A stretch of DNA of 64,000 nucleotides from Candidatus Poseidoniaceae archaeon. Lineage in GTDB: Archaea; Thermoplasmatota; Poseidoniia; Poseidoniales; Poseidoniaceae. Positions 29,695 to 39,052 of the stretch are shown piece by piece; positions within the stretch are counted from its first letter, which is position 1, and every line of letters begins with the position of its first letter. The notes below the pieces were generated by a model that did not search any database, had not been told where the DNA came from, and saw only the letters and a list, made by a program, of their open reading frames with translations. The DNA lies in assembly GCA_943788655.1 (NCBI GenBank), contig CALSRB010000007.1, positions 82,439 to 146,438 on the forward strand, read 5' to 3'. Both the position numbers and the translations under genes were made by a program.

Positions 29695-30693
29695 TCAACG
29701 AATGGCCAACGTTTCACTGCGTTTTGCCCACATGTCAAGCCAATGTTCGAGGTTCGAATCGAGGCCTGGTTCTTGGACACGGCACCCACAGGCATTGGCG
29801 TGACCGCCCCCCGTCGGATCGAGAGCTGTGGCCATTCGAGACAAATCAAAACGCCCTTGCCCTTCTGGTAAGAACGAATTAGCATAGAAGCTGGCAGATA
29901 GAGCGGGTCGATCTGGCGTGTCGATTGAACCATCTGCATACCCGTGAATGATGCAGCATGCATCAGCTCGGTCGCCTGCCCATGCTGTGACGAGATAGCC
30001 GTTTGAGCGAACACCTTTTTCATCCATTCGACACACGGCAAGTCGATCGATGATGGTTGTAGAGGACTCGACGACGTGTTGCGCTGCCGTGCGCTCTTCT
30101 TTGGCGCGATTGACATGAGGTTGTATTCGCTCATCGGCTAAAATGTCCGCAAGACGGACGCCTTTGGAGAGCATGCTGAGCAACAGCTGCATGTGTTCTG
30201 TTTCCCGCATGGAAAGCGAACGAGCAAGTTGGAGGATTGGGCCATCTTCGAGAAACTCCTCTCTCGTAATCTGTCCCGAGTCTAAGGCATCAACAACAGG
30301 CATGATCTCCTCAAGATGACTTAGATCAATGTAAGGTTTTAGCACGTCATATGCAAGCCTCGCTGCAGAGGGAGTGGCCTCCCAGTGGCACGTTCCACCG
30401 CGTGCAATGAACGCAGCCTCTTCGGCTTCGTTTGGACGGTTGGTTTGGTGATGGTCGAGGTACCACCCACAATCTGGATGGAAGGGGAGGTCCACCATTG
30501 CCGTGTGTTGGTCAATCAAGTGATCAACTGAGCCAGACCGAATCAATGCAGCATGGGCAAAGTGAACGACGGCTTCAGGGTTGGCAGCCTTCAAGACCGC
30601 AGCTGCACAAAGCCCATCCAAGTCTGAATCTGCAACGATGCTCCTGAAATCAGGGAGACCGGCTTCGGCAAGAACACTCGATAATTTCCCCAT
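29695..30693 (-). CDS. DHH/DHHA1 phosphoesterase (NrnA-like)
   Basis: DSDLDG, VDLP, LDHH, PSAA, GGGHANACG; start set at ATG 30693 because the longer ORF overlaps the Nudix gene. Confidence 0.85.
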   Translation of the reverse strand: MGKLSSVLAEAGLPDFRSIVADSDLDGLCAAAVLKAANPEAVVHFAHAALIRSGSVDHLIDQHTAMVDLPFHPDCGWYLDHHQTNRPNEAEEAAFIARGGTCHWEATPSAARLAYDVLKPYIDLSHLEEIMPVVDALDSGQITREEFLEDGPILQLARSLSMRETEHMQLLLSMLSKGVRLADILADERIQPHVNRAKEERTAAQHVVESSTTIIDRLAVCRMDEKGVRSNGYLVTAWAGDRADACCIIHGYADGSIDTPDRPALSASFYANSFLPEGQGRFDLSRMATALDPTGGGHANACGCRVQEPGLDSNLEHWLDMWAKRSETLAIR

Positions 30694-30755
30694 AAGCGGC
30701 TCGTGAGGGAACGGCTTGAAGAAGATTTGCTGAGGCCATATCAGCCGCAAGTAAC

Positions 30756-31193
30756 ATGACCGTGCGCCCTCCATTGAACGACATGGAGACTTCTTGCGGC
30801 GTTGTCTTGGTGAATTATGGGACGGTGCTCCTGCTCCAGTATCCCCAAGGCCATTGGGATTTCCCAAAGGGTCACGTCGAGGCAGATGACGTGGATCACC
30901 ACAACACAGCACAACGGGAGTTAGCCGAAGAAACTGGCATCGACCAAATCCAATTTGTTGACCATTTTGTTGAGCGAAGTGAATACGCCTATCGCCATCG
31001 AGGGAAGCGGAAAGTGAAGCAAGTGTACTGGTACATTGCACAAACAGATCAAATCACGGTGAAACTCTCGCACGAACACAGAGGCTACATGTGGTTGGAT
31101 TGGGACATGGCTGAACAACAACTGTCCCATGAAGAAACGAGAAGCGTCTTGAGGGGCGCACGTCAGCACATGGCCGCTTTAGGTCTTGAATAA
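30756..31193 (+). CDS. Nudix hydrolase, Ap4A hydrolase-like
   Basis: HWDFPKGHVE..TAQRELAEETGI Nudix box; LSHEH...W. Confidence 0.9.
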   Translation: MTVRPPLNDMETSCGVVLVNYGTVLLLQYPQGHWDFPKGHVEADDVDHHNTAQRELAEETGIDQIQFVDHFVERSEYAYRHRGKRKVKQVYWYIAQTDQITVKLSHEHRGYMWLDWDMAEQQLSHEETRSVLRGARQHMAALGLE

Positions 31194-31889
31194 TCACAGC
31201 ATTTCAAAATCTTCATCCGAAGCATAGAGGCGTCGGATTCGATTGGCTACACCAGATTCAGGACCTCTTTTTCCCAACGGTTGCCAAAGCATCTCGTCGT
31301 GGCCAAGCCCAGATGTAACCCATCGGCCGAGAACGAATAACCAATCTGACAATCTGTTGAGGTAGACTTGGACAATCGGTCGGACAGAGGCATCGCCTTC
31401 GTGTTCTTTGAGACGAACCACCGCGCGTTCGAGCCGCCGAGCAACCGTTCGAGCGAGGTGAAGCATTGCTTCGGGACCATGGCCCGCTGGGAGGATAAAA
31501 CTGGTAAGAGGTTCAATATGTTCGAGCCAAGCATCCATTTCCTCGACCAAAACAGCGCATTGAGCTTCGTTAATCAGGACCATGTATTCAGGAAGTTCCG
31601 AGGGGACACAAGCTAATTCTGCTCCAAGGTCGAACAATTCGTTTTGCACACGTGTGAGGACCATTGAAAGGATGGTTTGCACGCGTTCCACAGTCGCCCT
31701 GCTGCCGCCATCTTCGTGAGGTGGTAGCCGGTTTGCTTCCATCGCAACGAGCCCAAACACAGCGTTCAGCTCATCGCATGTTCCAACCACTTCAAAACGA
31801 AGATCTGCTTTTGACCGGCGCGAGCCGTCCACGAGAGAAGTTTCGCCTTCATCGCCACCGCCAGTGTACACTCGATTGATTCGAACCAT
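31194..31889 (-). CDS. pduO: Cob(I)alamin adenosyltransferase, PduO type
   Basis: VYTGGGDEGETSL, GTCDELN, QNELFDLG, FILP, RTVARRLER, YLNRLSDWLF. Confidence 0.93.
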   Translation of the reverse strand: MVRINRVYTGGGDEGETSLVDGSRRSKADLRFEVVGTCDELNAVFGLVAMEANRLPPHEDGGSRATVERVQTILSMVLTRVQNELFDLGAELACVPSELPEYMVLINEAQCAVLVEEMDAWLEHIEPLTSFILPAGHGPEAMLHLARTVARRLERAVVRLKEHEGDASVRPIVQVYLNRLSDWLFVLGRWVTSGLGHDEMLWQPLGKRGPESGVANRIRRLYASDEDFEML

Positions 31890-31912
31890 GCTCGTTCCTC
31901 AACCCTGCGAGG

Positions 31913-32398
31913 TCACGCTTCTATGAGTGGTTTTCGGGCCATAAAGCTGGCATCGATCGGATGATACCATTCGATGTCCTCCTCACCGAGGCTCCAAGAA
32001 TACAACGCAAGATGCTCATCAACGACACCATACCATTCGAGGCGCCCTGGTTCCAAGCACGCAATGCGGGTACCTGTGGTTTCAATTTTGGCGGTGGTGT
32101 GTTGCCAGTGCGCTACAAGCTGGGCAAGATGTTCTGCAACCTCTACAACATGTTCATGCTCTGCCTGAAGGGATTCGAGAAGCACTTCCAGTTCCTCCGT
32201 CAAATCATGAGCCTCATCGCTCATCGCTTGAAGCTCTGCAAGCCACCGTGTGACTTTTGGCAAGTTTTCTCTCGCTTCCTCAATGGTCACAATTCGGGCA
32301 CCACGAGGGAGAACTCGCATCGCTGTTTCTTGGTCCTTCAATGAACATGTATCCATTGGTCGACCAGAAAAGAATGGAACATCCCTTGTTTCTCTCAC
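31913..32398 (-). CDS. DUF2203-family protein
   Basis: T.EEA...LP, a coiled coil, and Y.W.LGE..I.WYH....F..RKPL; start uncertain (32320-32398). Confidence 0.75.
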   Translation of the reverse strand: MRETRDVPFFSGRPMDTCSLKDQETAMRVLPRGARIVTIEEARENLPKVTRWLAELQAMSDEAHDLTEELEVLLESLQAEHEHVVEVAEHLAQLVAHWQHTTAKIETTGTRIACLEPGRLEWYGVVDEHLALYSWSLGEEDIEWYHPIDASFMARKPLIEA

Positions 32399-32533
32399 AT
32401 GGGTTCCTTGTCTTGGCGGACCTTCAAGTCATCGGACAAAACGCTTGATTTTTCGTGAATTTGGAGGGTGAAGGGTTTCTTCGTGGCCCCATGGAAGAGG
32501 GCGCTGTTCATATTTAGTCGATAAAAATGAACA

Positions 32534-32815
32534 TTATGCTGCAACAGCACCTGTCTGGACCCGAGATCGTGTCTTAGTGACCACTTTCTTGACGAGTAGA
32601 CTTCCAAGACTGATCCAAACAATCAACTCGATTGCAAGGACGATGTAGTAGACGGGTCCAAGGTTTTGGAGCAACGCAACGGCGTCGTAGGGAACCCCAT
32701 TGAATGCCATGTAGAGGGATTGTGAGAACAGACTTGAGGCAAACCACACGAAAATTGCGTACCACATCACCGTGCTCATCGTCAGCGTTTTCGCCTTTGC
32801 TTCAATTGTTCCCAT
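32534..32815 (-). CDS. Small two-TM hypothetical protein
   Basis: Two hydrophobic helices; has its own TATA-like box about 28 nt upstream. Confidence 0.7.
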   Translation of the reverse strand: MGTIEAKAKTLTMSTVMWYAIFVWFASSLFSQSLYMAFNGVPYDAVALLQNLGPVYYIVLAIELIVWISLGSLLVKKVVTKTRSRVQTGAVAA

Positions 32816-32837
32816 AATAATAAATCGACTTTCATCG

Positions 32838-32868
32838 TATTAAGGACTTTGTTTTATTGAGTCAATAA
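32838..32868 (-). promoter_or_regulatory. TATA-like box (TTAATA) with an upstream perfect 7-1-7 palindrome
   Basis: TTATTGA-G-TCAATAA at 32854-32868; TTAATA on the minus strand at 32843-32838. Confidence 0.6.
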
Positions 32869-32935
32869 TTGCTCATTCAGCCTTCAGAAGAACTGATATT
32901 GTGAAAAAAATAAAAAAAGTGACTGGAATCCGGAA

Positions 32936-33703
32936 TCACTCTTCACTGCTAGCCAGTGTTGGAAGACGGGTTGCGGCCTCTGGGTCAAGGCGAAGGAGTG
33001 CCTCGTGGATGGCTTGAATCCACTCCGGAGCTACACCTTTCTCGCCTCCAACATCTTCGAGTGCGTGCAACCATTCTGTCGCCTTTTCGTGATCGCCGAC
33101 AAACAGATTCAGTCGATGGAGTGCCACGTAAGCCATGGGATTGAGGTGTTCTTCTTCAGCATCCCAACCTTTTTCGAAGCAAGCAATTGCTCCATCTGGA
33201 CCATCGATAAAGCCACGTTGAAGAGCGACCATGCCTGCTTGGCTCCATGCAAGAGGAAGTCGTCCGATGAGGAGTCCACGAAACACCAACCATGTCTGAC
33301 CGCCCCCCAGCATCACAAGTGCTGCAAAGCCGGACCATTGCTCAAATGTATTCAACTCCGGCCATGTTGTGACCATGAGTCCGCCGATTCCAACACAAAA
33401 AAGGAAACCTGAGAAAGGAGCGATGAGCACTTCCCTGCGAGTACGGACCAGGTGATGAATGCCGACCAGCAACCCAAACGAGCCAAGTCCAGTGAGAATA
33501 ATCAAGTGGCCAAGCACTGAAACAGGATTTGGTGCAAGTTGCCCCAGTGTCAATAAAAGAGCGATTGAAAGGACGACCCAGCCAAATCGACGGGAGGGAA
33601 GCGGGAACGGTTGGCTTTTCGATGCAAGGATAAGCACGAGACCAATCAGTGCTTCGAATCCTAAGAGAATCCAACGCAGGCTTTCCTGTTCCAAGAGCAG
33701 CAT
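32936..33703 (-). CDS. Multi-TM membrane protein with C-terminal TPR-like domain
   Basis: About 5 TMs, then WSQAG..A..CFEKGW; SD GGAGGG before ATG 33703. Confidence 0.7.
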   Translation of the reverse strand: MLLLEQESLRWILLGFEALIGLVLILASKSQPFPLPSRRFGWVVLSIALLLTLGQLAPNPVSVLGHLIILTGLGSFGLLVGIHHLVRTRREVLIAPFSGFLFCVGIGGLMVTTWPELNTFEQWSGFAALVMLGGGQTWLVFRGLLIGRLPLAWSQAGMVALQRGFIDGPDGAIACFEKGWDAEEEHLNPMAYVALHRLNLFVGDHEKATEWLHALEDVGGEKGVAPEWIQAIHEALLRLDPEAATRLPTLASSEE

Positions 33704-33750
33704 ACATTCCCTCCGCTTTTGCCAAGAACCGGTGCTTCTTGACCCTTTGG

Positions 33751-34182
33751 TCAAGCCTTGTGGTATTCACTTCCACGCAGAATTTCTGTGGCGCGGTAGA
33801 CTTGTTCAACCAACACGACGCTGGCCAACTCGTGAGGCATGGTCATCGGTGACAGAGAAAGGCGCTTGCAGGCACAATTCGGTTTCGTTGTCCAACCCTC
33901 CGCCGGACCAATGGCCAAATGCGTTGAGTGGGTCTGTACTGTCCAAGCTTTGAAACGCTGTGCGAACGCAACGGAATCTTCCATTTGGCCTCCTTCGTCC
34001 AACAAGTACACATCACCTGCCAAATCACACAACAGATCAAGATAGGCTGCCGGAGAAAGTTTGTTTGAATGGGTTTCAATACGAACACCACGGTTGTTCA
34101 GACGTGCTGCGTACATCTCGACAAGACGGTTCAGATCCTTCTGTTTGGTTGAACCATGAAGATGAACGATCACCCGGCCCAT
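33751..34182 (-). CDS. rlmH: 23S rRNA (pseudouridine1915-N3)-methyltransferase, SPOUT family
   Basis: [38 protein letters not shown]. Confidence 0.92.
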   Translation of the reverse strand: MGRVIVHLHGSTKQKDLNRLVEMYAARLNNRGVRIETHSNKLSPAAYLDLLCDLAGDVYLLDEGGQMEDSVAFAQRFKAWTVQTHSTHLAIGPAEGWTTKPNCACKRLSLSPMTMPHELASVVLVEQVYRATEILRGSEYHKA

Positions 34183-34218
34183 GCCCCTCGGGTTGAATGG
34201 GTGGTTGATGAAGATGCA

Positions 34219-34539
34219 TCACGAACGAATCTTTTGGACAATGAAAAAGCCGATGGCAGTGCTTGCGCCGAAGGCACCGAGTTCGACAACGGATTGTGCG
34301 AGGGTGAGAACTTCGTCGAGGGCGCGGTTGCTGTTCTCAACAACGCCTAGGGTGAGGCGCTCCCAGTCGACGACCAGAATGTCCCGGGATTCAAGCCACT
34401 TGAGCAGAATAAACTCACCGATAAGGAACCACTGCACGGCTTTTGAGGCCATGGACCAAAGCAGGCCAAGCACGGCGCCAAAGATGATGCCTTCGATGGC
34501 TGCTGAGCCGAGAATATCGAACCATAAGTCGGTGTCCAT
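34219..34539 (-). CDS. FUN14-family membrane protein
   Basis: G...G...G...K.....G....L..L.....I.VDW..L pattern. Confidence 0.7.
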   Translation of the reverse strand: MDTDLWFDILGSAAIEGIIFGAVLGLLWSMASKAVQWFLIGEFILLKWLESRDILVVDWERLTLGVVENSNRALDEVLTLAQSVVELGAFGASTAIGFFIVQKIRS

Positions 34540-34612
34540 GGCCGCTCCATGCGTTACAGACTATATCACTTTCAACAGATGGCGTTAAGGAAGACCTGTT
34601 CTTCAGCGTTTC

Positions 34613-34954
34613 ATGGGTTGGTGGCCGTTTGCGAAAAAATCCAAATCCAAGCGGATGCGGGTTGAAGACCCGCTTCTCAAAGACGCACGAACCTGGATCT
34701 CAGAACTCAGGGACCTTTGCGAGATGAATTTTGAGCAACCTGAGGAAGCGCGACGAAGGATTCGCCACATGCAGGTTGAATGGCATGACGCACTCGAGCA
34801 GGGAGTCTTAACCGCCGCCAACAGAGAAGGTCTGGAGGCACGTGCCTTCCGATTGTTGAGTTGTTCAGATGAAGAATGGATGCAGTGGTTAGACGACCTT
34901 GATTTTTGGAAATCTGGCTGGAAACCCGCTCCTTTGAACGATAACGAGGCTTGA
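34613..34954 (+). CDS. Hypothetical Trp-rich protein
   Basis: ORF with a TATA-like element about 28 nt upstream; amphipathic MGWWPF start. Confidence 0.7.
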   Translation: MGWWPFAKKSKSKRMRVEDPLLKDARTWISELRDLCEMNFEQPEEARRRIRHMQVEWHDALEQGVLTAANREGLEARAFRLLSCSDEEWMQWLDDLDFWKSGWKPAPLNDNEA

Positions 34955-34979
34955 AGAAGGGGAGGCGACAGGCCTCCTC

Positions 34980-35672
34980 ATGGGTCAAACTCCAACCCTC
35001 CACATCCTCTACACCTGTCCATTCTGTTGGAAGGTTCGAGGTGTCATTGAACACATCGGCATGGATGTTGATTACATACCTGTTAACGGAATGAAAATCA
35101 AAAAATCTGTCGCCTTTGCTGGCGACTGGGGAAAGGTCCCAGTGTTCACCGACGAAACCGGAGAACACTTCGTCGATTCTACCCCCGTCATGAAGCACAT
35201 CGATGCAGCATACAATGGCGGAAAATTGGCAGCCACCGGTGATGCAGAGCGGCAACAAAAATGGCTCGAGTGGGCCGACGCTAAAGTCTCCAAAGCAACC
35301 GTTCCAATTCTCTATGGCACCCTCGGCTCCGCCCTGAAGACCACCACGAGGATTTCAAAGATAGAGAAATTCGGATTCGTTTCCAAGCGCCTTTATGCGT
35401 GGGCTGGCTTCCCAATCATGTGGGGCATCATCGCAAAGAAACGAGTCAAGAAAGATGGACGTACACCAAAGAAATTGTGGCACGACCTGCTAACTGAATT
35501 CACAGGTGAACACGGGACGGAGCCTTTCTTCGGTGGAGCCTCTCCCGACCTCGTGGATTTCGCCGTCTTTGGCTACACACGCTCAATATCCCCATTCCCA
35601 CAGTTCGCTCTCTTGGAAGATCACGAGAAAGGAATGGCATGGTACCGTCGAATGGAAGGCACGCTCAAGTGA
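34980..35672 (+). CDS. Glutathione S-transferase family protein, mPGES-2-like
   Basis: TCPFCWKVR, KVPV, DS, KWLEWAD, PFFGGASPDLVDFAVFG, WY.RM. Confidence 0.85.
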   Translation: MGQTPTLHILYTCPFCWKVRGVIEHIGMDVDYIPVNGMKIKKSVAFAGDWGKVPVFTDETGEHFVDSTPVMKHIDAAYNGGKLAATGDAERQQKWLEWADAKVSKATVPILYGTLGSALKTTTRISKIEKFGFVSKRLYAWAGFPIMWGIIAKKRVKKDGRTPKKLWHDLLTEFTGEHGTEPFFGGASPDLVDFAVFGYTRSISPFPQFALLEDHEKGMAWYRRMEGTLK

Positions 35673-35681
35673 GGGATCCCC

Positions 35682-36515
35682 TTGGAATTCATCGCGCTTT
35701 CAGGCATCAAATTCCAACGAATTGAGTCGCAGTCAATGCATCTTGGAACAGACAAAGGCGGATGGATTTATGCTGGTCAACGACCAAGGCACGAAGTCCG
35801 ATTACCTGCGTATTACATCATGACCGCCCCGCTGACTGGCGCCGACTACAACGCGCTTGTAGGCATGGAAGATGGGCCGGATGGCGACCAATTTCGAGTG
35901 ACTGCTGAATCACTGAAGTCCCTCATGAACGCTGGACAAGCCGTCATTGATGCTGGGGTTGAAGGATTGGACGAAGCGATCCACTGGGAAGTGCGTTGCC
36001 CTTCGGAAGCGGAGTGGCGATGCGCGCAGGATGCTCACGGACTCGGCCTTGCAAAAAAGCAAGTCGAAGTGTTAGCAGATGCGATTAACTCGAATTACCG
36101 TGGGGCTATGATGGATGGGCGCCCACGAAGGTTCGAAGGCCTCGGTCCGATGGCACTGCATCGAGCTGCCATTGAAACTCATCCAACGAAGGAAGGGATC
36201 ACGGCGCTCTCAAGCGTCCCCCTTGATCGTCCTGTCAAAGGCATCGTGGCTCGCCTCGTCGTCACGCCGATTCGCCAAGGCGCTCCAAAACGGGTCCCCA
36301 ATTCCGCAGACATGGCATCGAACATCCGCACTGAGATTGTGTGCACTGTGCTGCTTGGTGTGATTCCTTCGTTTGTGATTCCGATCCTCAGAGGCATGGG
36401 AGACTACGCCGTTTCTGGATGGCCAAACTTGCTTTTCGGAGGCCTATGCGCTGGTTTTGTGACGGGTGCGTTTTGGCGCCCTCGTCGACCAACTGTGTCC
36501 TATGACGAAGTGTGA
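35682..36515 (+). CDS. Degenerate FGE-sulfatase-like domain protein with C-terminal TMs
   Basis: PRHEVRLPAYYIM, RCPSEAEW; two terminal hydrophobic helices. Confidence 0.6.
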   Translation: MEFIALSGIKFQRIESQSMHLGTDKGGWIYAGQRPRHEVRLPAYYIMTAPLTGADYNALVGMEDGPDGDQFRVTAESLKSLMNAGQAVIDAGVEGLDEAIHWEVRCPSEAEWRCAQDAHGLGLAKKQVEVLADAINSNYRGAMMDGRPRRFEGLGPMALHRAAIETHPTKEGITALSSVPLDRPVKGIVARLVVTPIRQGAPKRVPNSADMASNIRTEIVCTVLLGVIPSFVIPILRGMGDYAVSGWPNLLFGGLCAGFVTGAFWRPRRPTVSYDEV

Positions 36516-36517
36516 AT

Positions 36518-38839
36518 TCACTTCTCTTCCACAGGGTCGACCAAACTTTCCCAGTACGGTTCTTGACGAATTGCATCCGCTGCACAAATCGCTGCCATGT
36601 TGACAATGTGACGGACTCCATCTTGTCGAGCAACCAGTTGTACAGGTTGGGCCATTCCTTCGAGGATTGGCCCCGTCATTTCTGCGTCACCCAATTCCTC
36701 GAGTAATTTGTAAGCGATGTTCGCTGCTGCGAGATTAGGAAGCACCAGAACATTTGCTGCGCCAGTGAAGGCCATGAATGGGTACTCACCTTGCACATTA
36801 CCGTTCAAGGCCGTATCTGCTTGCATCGGACCGTCGATTACGAGTGAGGGGTCAAGTTCGCGGGCGAATTCAATGGCGTCCTCAATTCGCTCAGAACGTT
36901 GGGCTCGGCTGCTTCCGAAGTTCGAGAACGAGAGCATTGCAACCACAGGAGCAACACCAAATCGACGTGCCACTTTGGCTGTCTGAACAGCAATTTCCGC
37001 AAGGGTTCGGCTGTCTGGGTACACGTTGACTGTGGCATCAGCAAGGAAGATGGTTCGACCTTTGACGTTCATCATGTAACAACCAACAATGCAGTGAGCA
37101 TCCTCGTCTGCACCAATCAACTCGAGCGTTGGGCGCAGAACATCAGCGTAGTTTCGAGAAACACCACCAACAAAGCCATCGGCATCCCCATTGGCCACCA
37201 TCTGGCTGGCAAAGTAAGGGCGTGATTTTAGCAGGCGTGCAGCATCTGCAACCGTCATCCCCTTGCGGTTGCGTCGGTCCAACATCGACTCGGAGTAGAT
37301 GCCTTTTCTTCGCTCGTCTTTCCGTGGATCATAAACTTCGTATTCGAAGTGAAGACTCAAATCCTCAACCATACGGCGGATGCGTTTTTCTGGACCCAAT
37401 AGAATCGGGTAACAGATTTTCTGATCGACCAACTGGGCCGCTGCACGAATCACCATCTCGTTGTCACCTTCAGGGAAGACGATGCGTTTTCCTCGTCCAC
37501 GAACTTGGTTGATGACGTGGCGCATAATGGAATATGATTGACCGAGCCGAGCCTCAAGTTCCTCACGGTATTTCTTGATTGAGAAATCCTCCGGTTGAAC
37601 ACGGGCTACGCCTTCGTCAACAGCCGCCTGAGCAACCGCCGAAGCCTCCCAAAGCAACACTCGGCGATCGAATGGTTTGGGGATGATGTACTCAGGGCCA
37701 TACTGCATGACTGCGCCGTCGTAGGCCGCAGAAATGTAATCTGGAACTGGTTCCTTAGCCAACGCTGCTAACGCACGGGTCGCTGCCATCTTCATACCTT
37801 GTGTGATGTCGGTAGCCCGTACATCGAGTGCTCCTCGGAAAATGTATGGGAACCCGAGCACGTTGTTGACTTGGTTCGCATAGTCTGACCGCCCGGTTGC
37901 AATGATGGCGTCTTGGCGAACTTCGAGAATTTCTTCAGGGAGGATTTCCGGAGTAGGGTTGGCAAGTGCGAACACAATCGGCCTCGGTGCCATGGAAGCA
38001 ATCATCTCTTTGCTGACCAGTCCGCCTCGTGAAAGGCCGAGCATTACATCAGCCCCATTGAGCGCATCGGCAAGGTCACCTGCTTCTCGTTCGTGAGCGA
38101 ACGGAGCCTTGTATTCATTCAATTCTCCCGCTTCCAGTCTAGCTTTGGTGACAATGCCTTTGCTGTCAACCATGGCGATGTTCGATCGAGTGACACCGAT
38201 GGCAACGTAGTGGTTGGCGCAAGCAATAGCGCTTGCACCCGCCCCGATGACCACCACCTTGATTTCTGAGAGTTTCTTTTCTTGGAGCTCAACTGCGTTC
38301 AACAAGGCGGCTGCAGAAATGATTGCGGTCCCGTGCTGATCATCGTGCATCACTGGGATATCAGTTGCTTCCGCAATGCGTCGCTCAATCTCAAAGCATT
38401 CTGGTGCCTTGATGTCTTCAAGGTTGATACCACCAAAGGTTTTGGCGATGTTGACCACGGTCTCGATGAATGTTTCAGGATCTTCAGTGTCGACTTCAAT
38501 ATCGAAAACATCGATATCAGCGAATGTCTTCAAGAGTAAACCCTTGCCCTCCATAACTGGTTTGCTGGCAAGAGCGCCGATGTTCCCTAACCCCAGCACA
38601 GCTGTTCCGTTTGAGATAACAGCAACCAAGTTGCCTTTCGATGTGTATCGGTACGCGTCTTCTGGGCGCTCTGCGATTTCGAGGCATGGATAGGCCACAC
38701 CTGGCGAATATGCAAGGCTCAATTCGTGCGCCGTGCTGTGCGGTTTGGTTGGAACCACCTTGATTTTACCTTGGGGTTCGGCCTCGTGATACTCGAGGGC
38801 TTCCTTCTTGAGCAAGCGCTCTTTCTTCTCCCGGTTCAT
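36518..38839 (-). CDS. maeB: NADP-dependent malic enzyme fused to a PTA-like domain
   Basis: ALEYH, LAYSPGVA, SNGTAVLGLG, PVMEGK, INLEDI, HDDQHGTA, GRSDY.NQVNN; C-terminal RIVFPEG, DG.MQAD. Confidence 0.97.
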   Translation of the reverse strand: MNREKKERLLKKEALEYHEAEPQGKIKVVPTKPHSTAHELSLAYSPGVAYPCLEIAERPEDAYRYTSKGNLVAVISNGTAVLGLGNIGALASKPVMEGKGLLLKTFADIDVFDIEVDTEDPETFIETVVNIAKTFGGINLEDIKAPECFEIERRIAEATDIPVMHDDQHGTAIISAAALLNAVELQEKKLSEIKVVVIGAGASAIACANHYVAIGVTRSNIAMVDSKGIVTKARLEAGELNEYKAPFAHEREAGDLADALNGADVMLGLSRGGLVSKEMIASMAPRPIVFALANPTPEILPEEILEVRQDAIIATGRSDYANQVNNVLGFPYIFRGALDVRATDITQGMKMAATRALAALAKEPVPDYISAAYDGAVMQYGPEYIIPKPFDRRVLLWEASAVAQAAVDEGVARVQPEDFSIKKYREELEARLGQSYSIMRHVINQVRGRGKRIVFPEGDNEMVIRAAAQLVDQKICYPILLGPEKRIRRMVEDLSLHFEYEVYDPRKDERRKGIYSESMLDRRNRKGMTVADAARLLKSRPYFASQMVANGDADGFVGGVSRNYADVLRPTLELIGADEDAHCIVGCYMMNVKGRTIFLADATVNVYPDSRTLAEIAVQTAKVARRFGVAPVVAMLSFSNFGSSRAQRSERIEDAIEFARELDPSLVIDGPMQADTALNGNVQGEYPFMAFTGAANVLVLPNLAAANIAYKLLEELGDAEMTGPILEGMAQPVQLVARQDGVRHIVNMAAICAADAIRQEPYWESLVDPVEEK

Positions 38840-39052
38840 AGGCAATCGAATCCAACGAATGTGGTTCTGGGTTTGAGTGTTGTGTGTGTACGGGACAAAC
38901 GGTGAGGAAAAGAAGGGCTGTGTAGCATCACCATCGATGCTTTGAAACCGTATTTTTCTTGCTCATTTTGTTGATTTTGAGCGGTTTTACTACGATACTT
39001 GTGCGCACGAGCAAGGGCCGCGTTCAAATACCCCAAAAGACCCCTTTACAAC

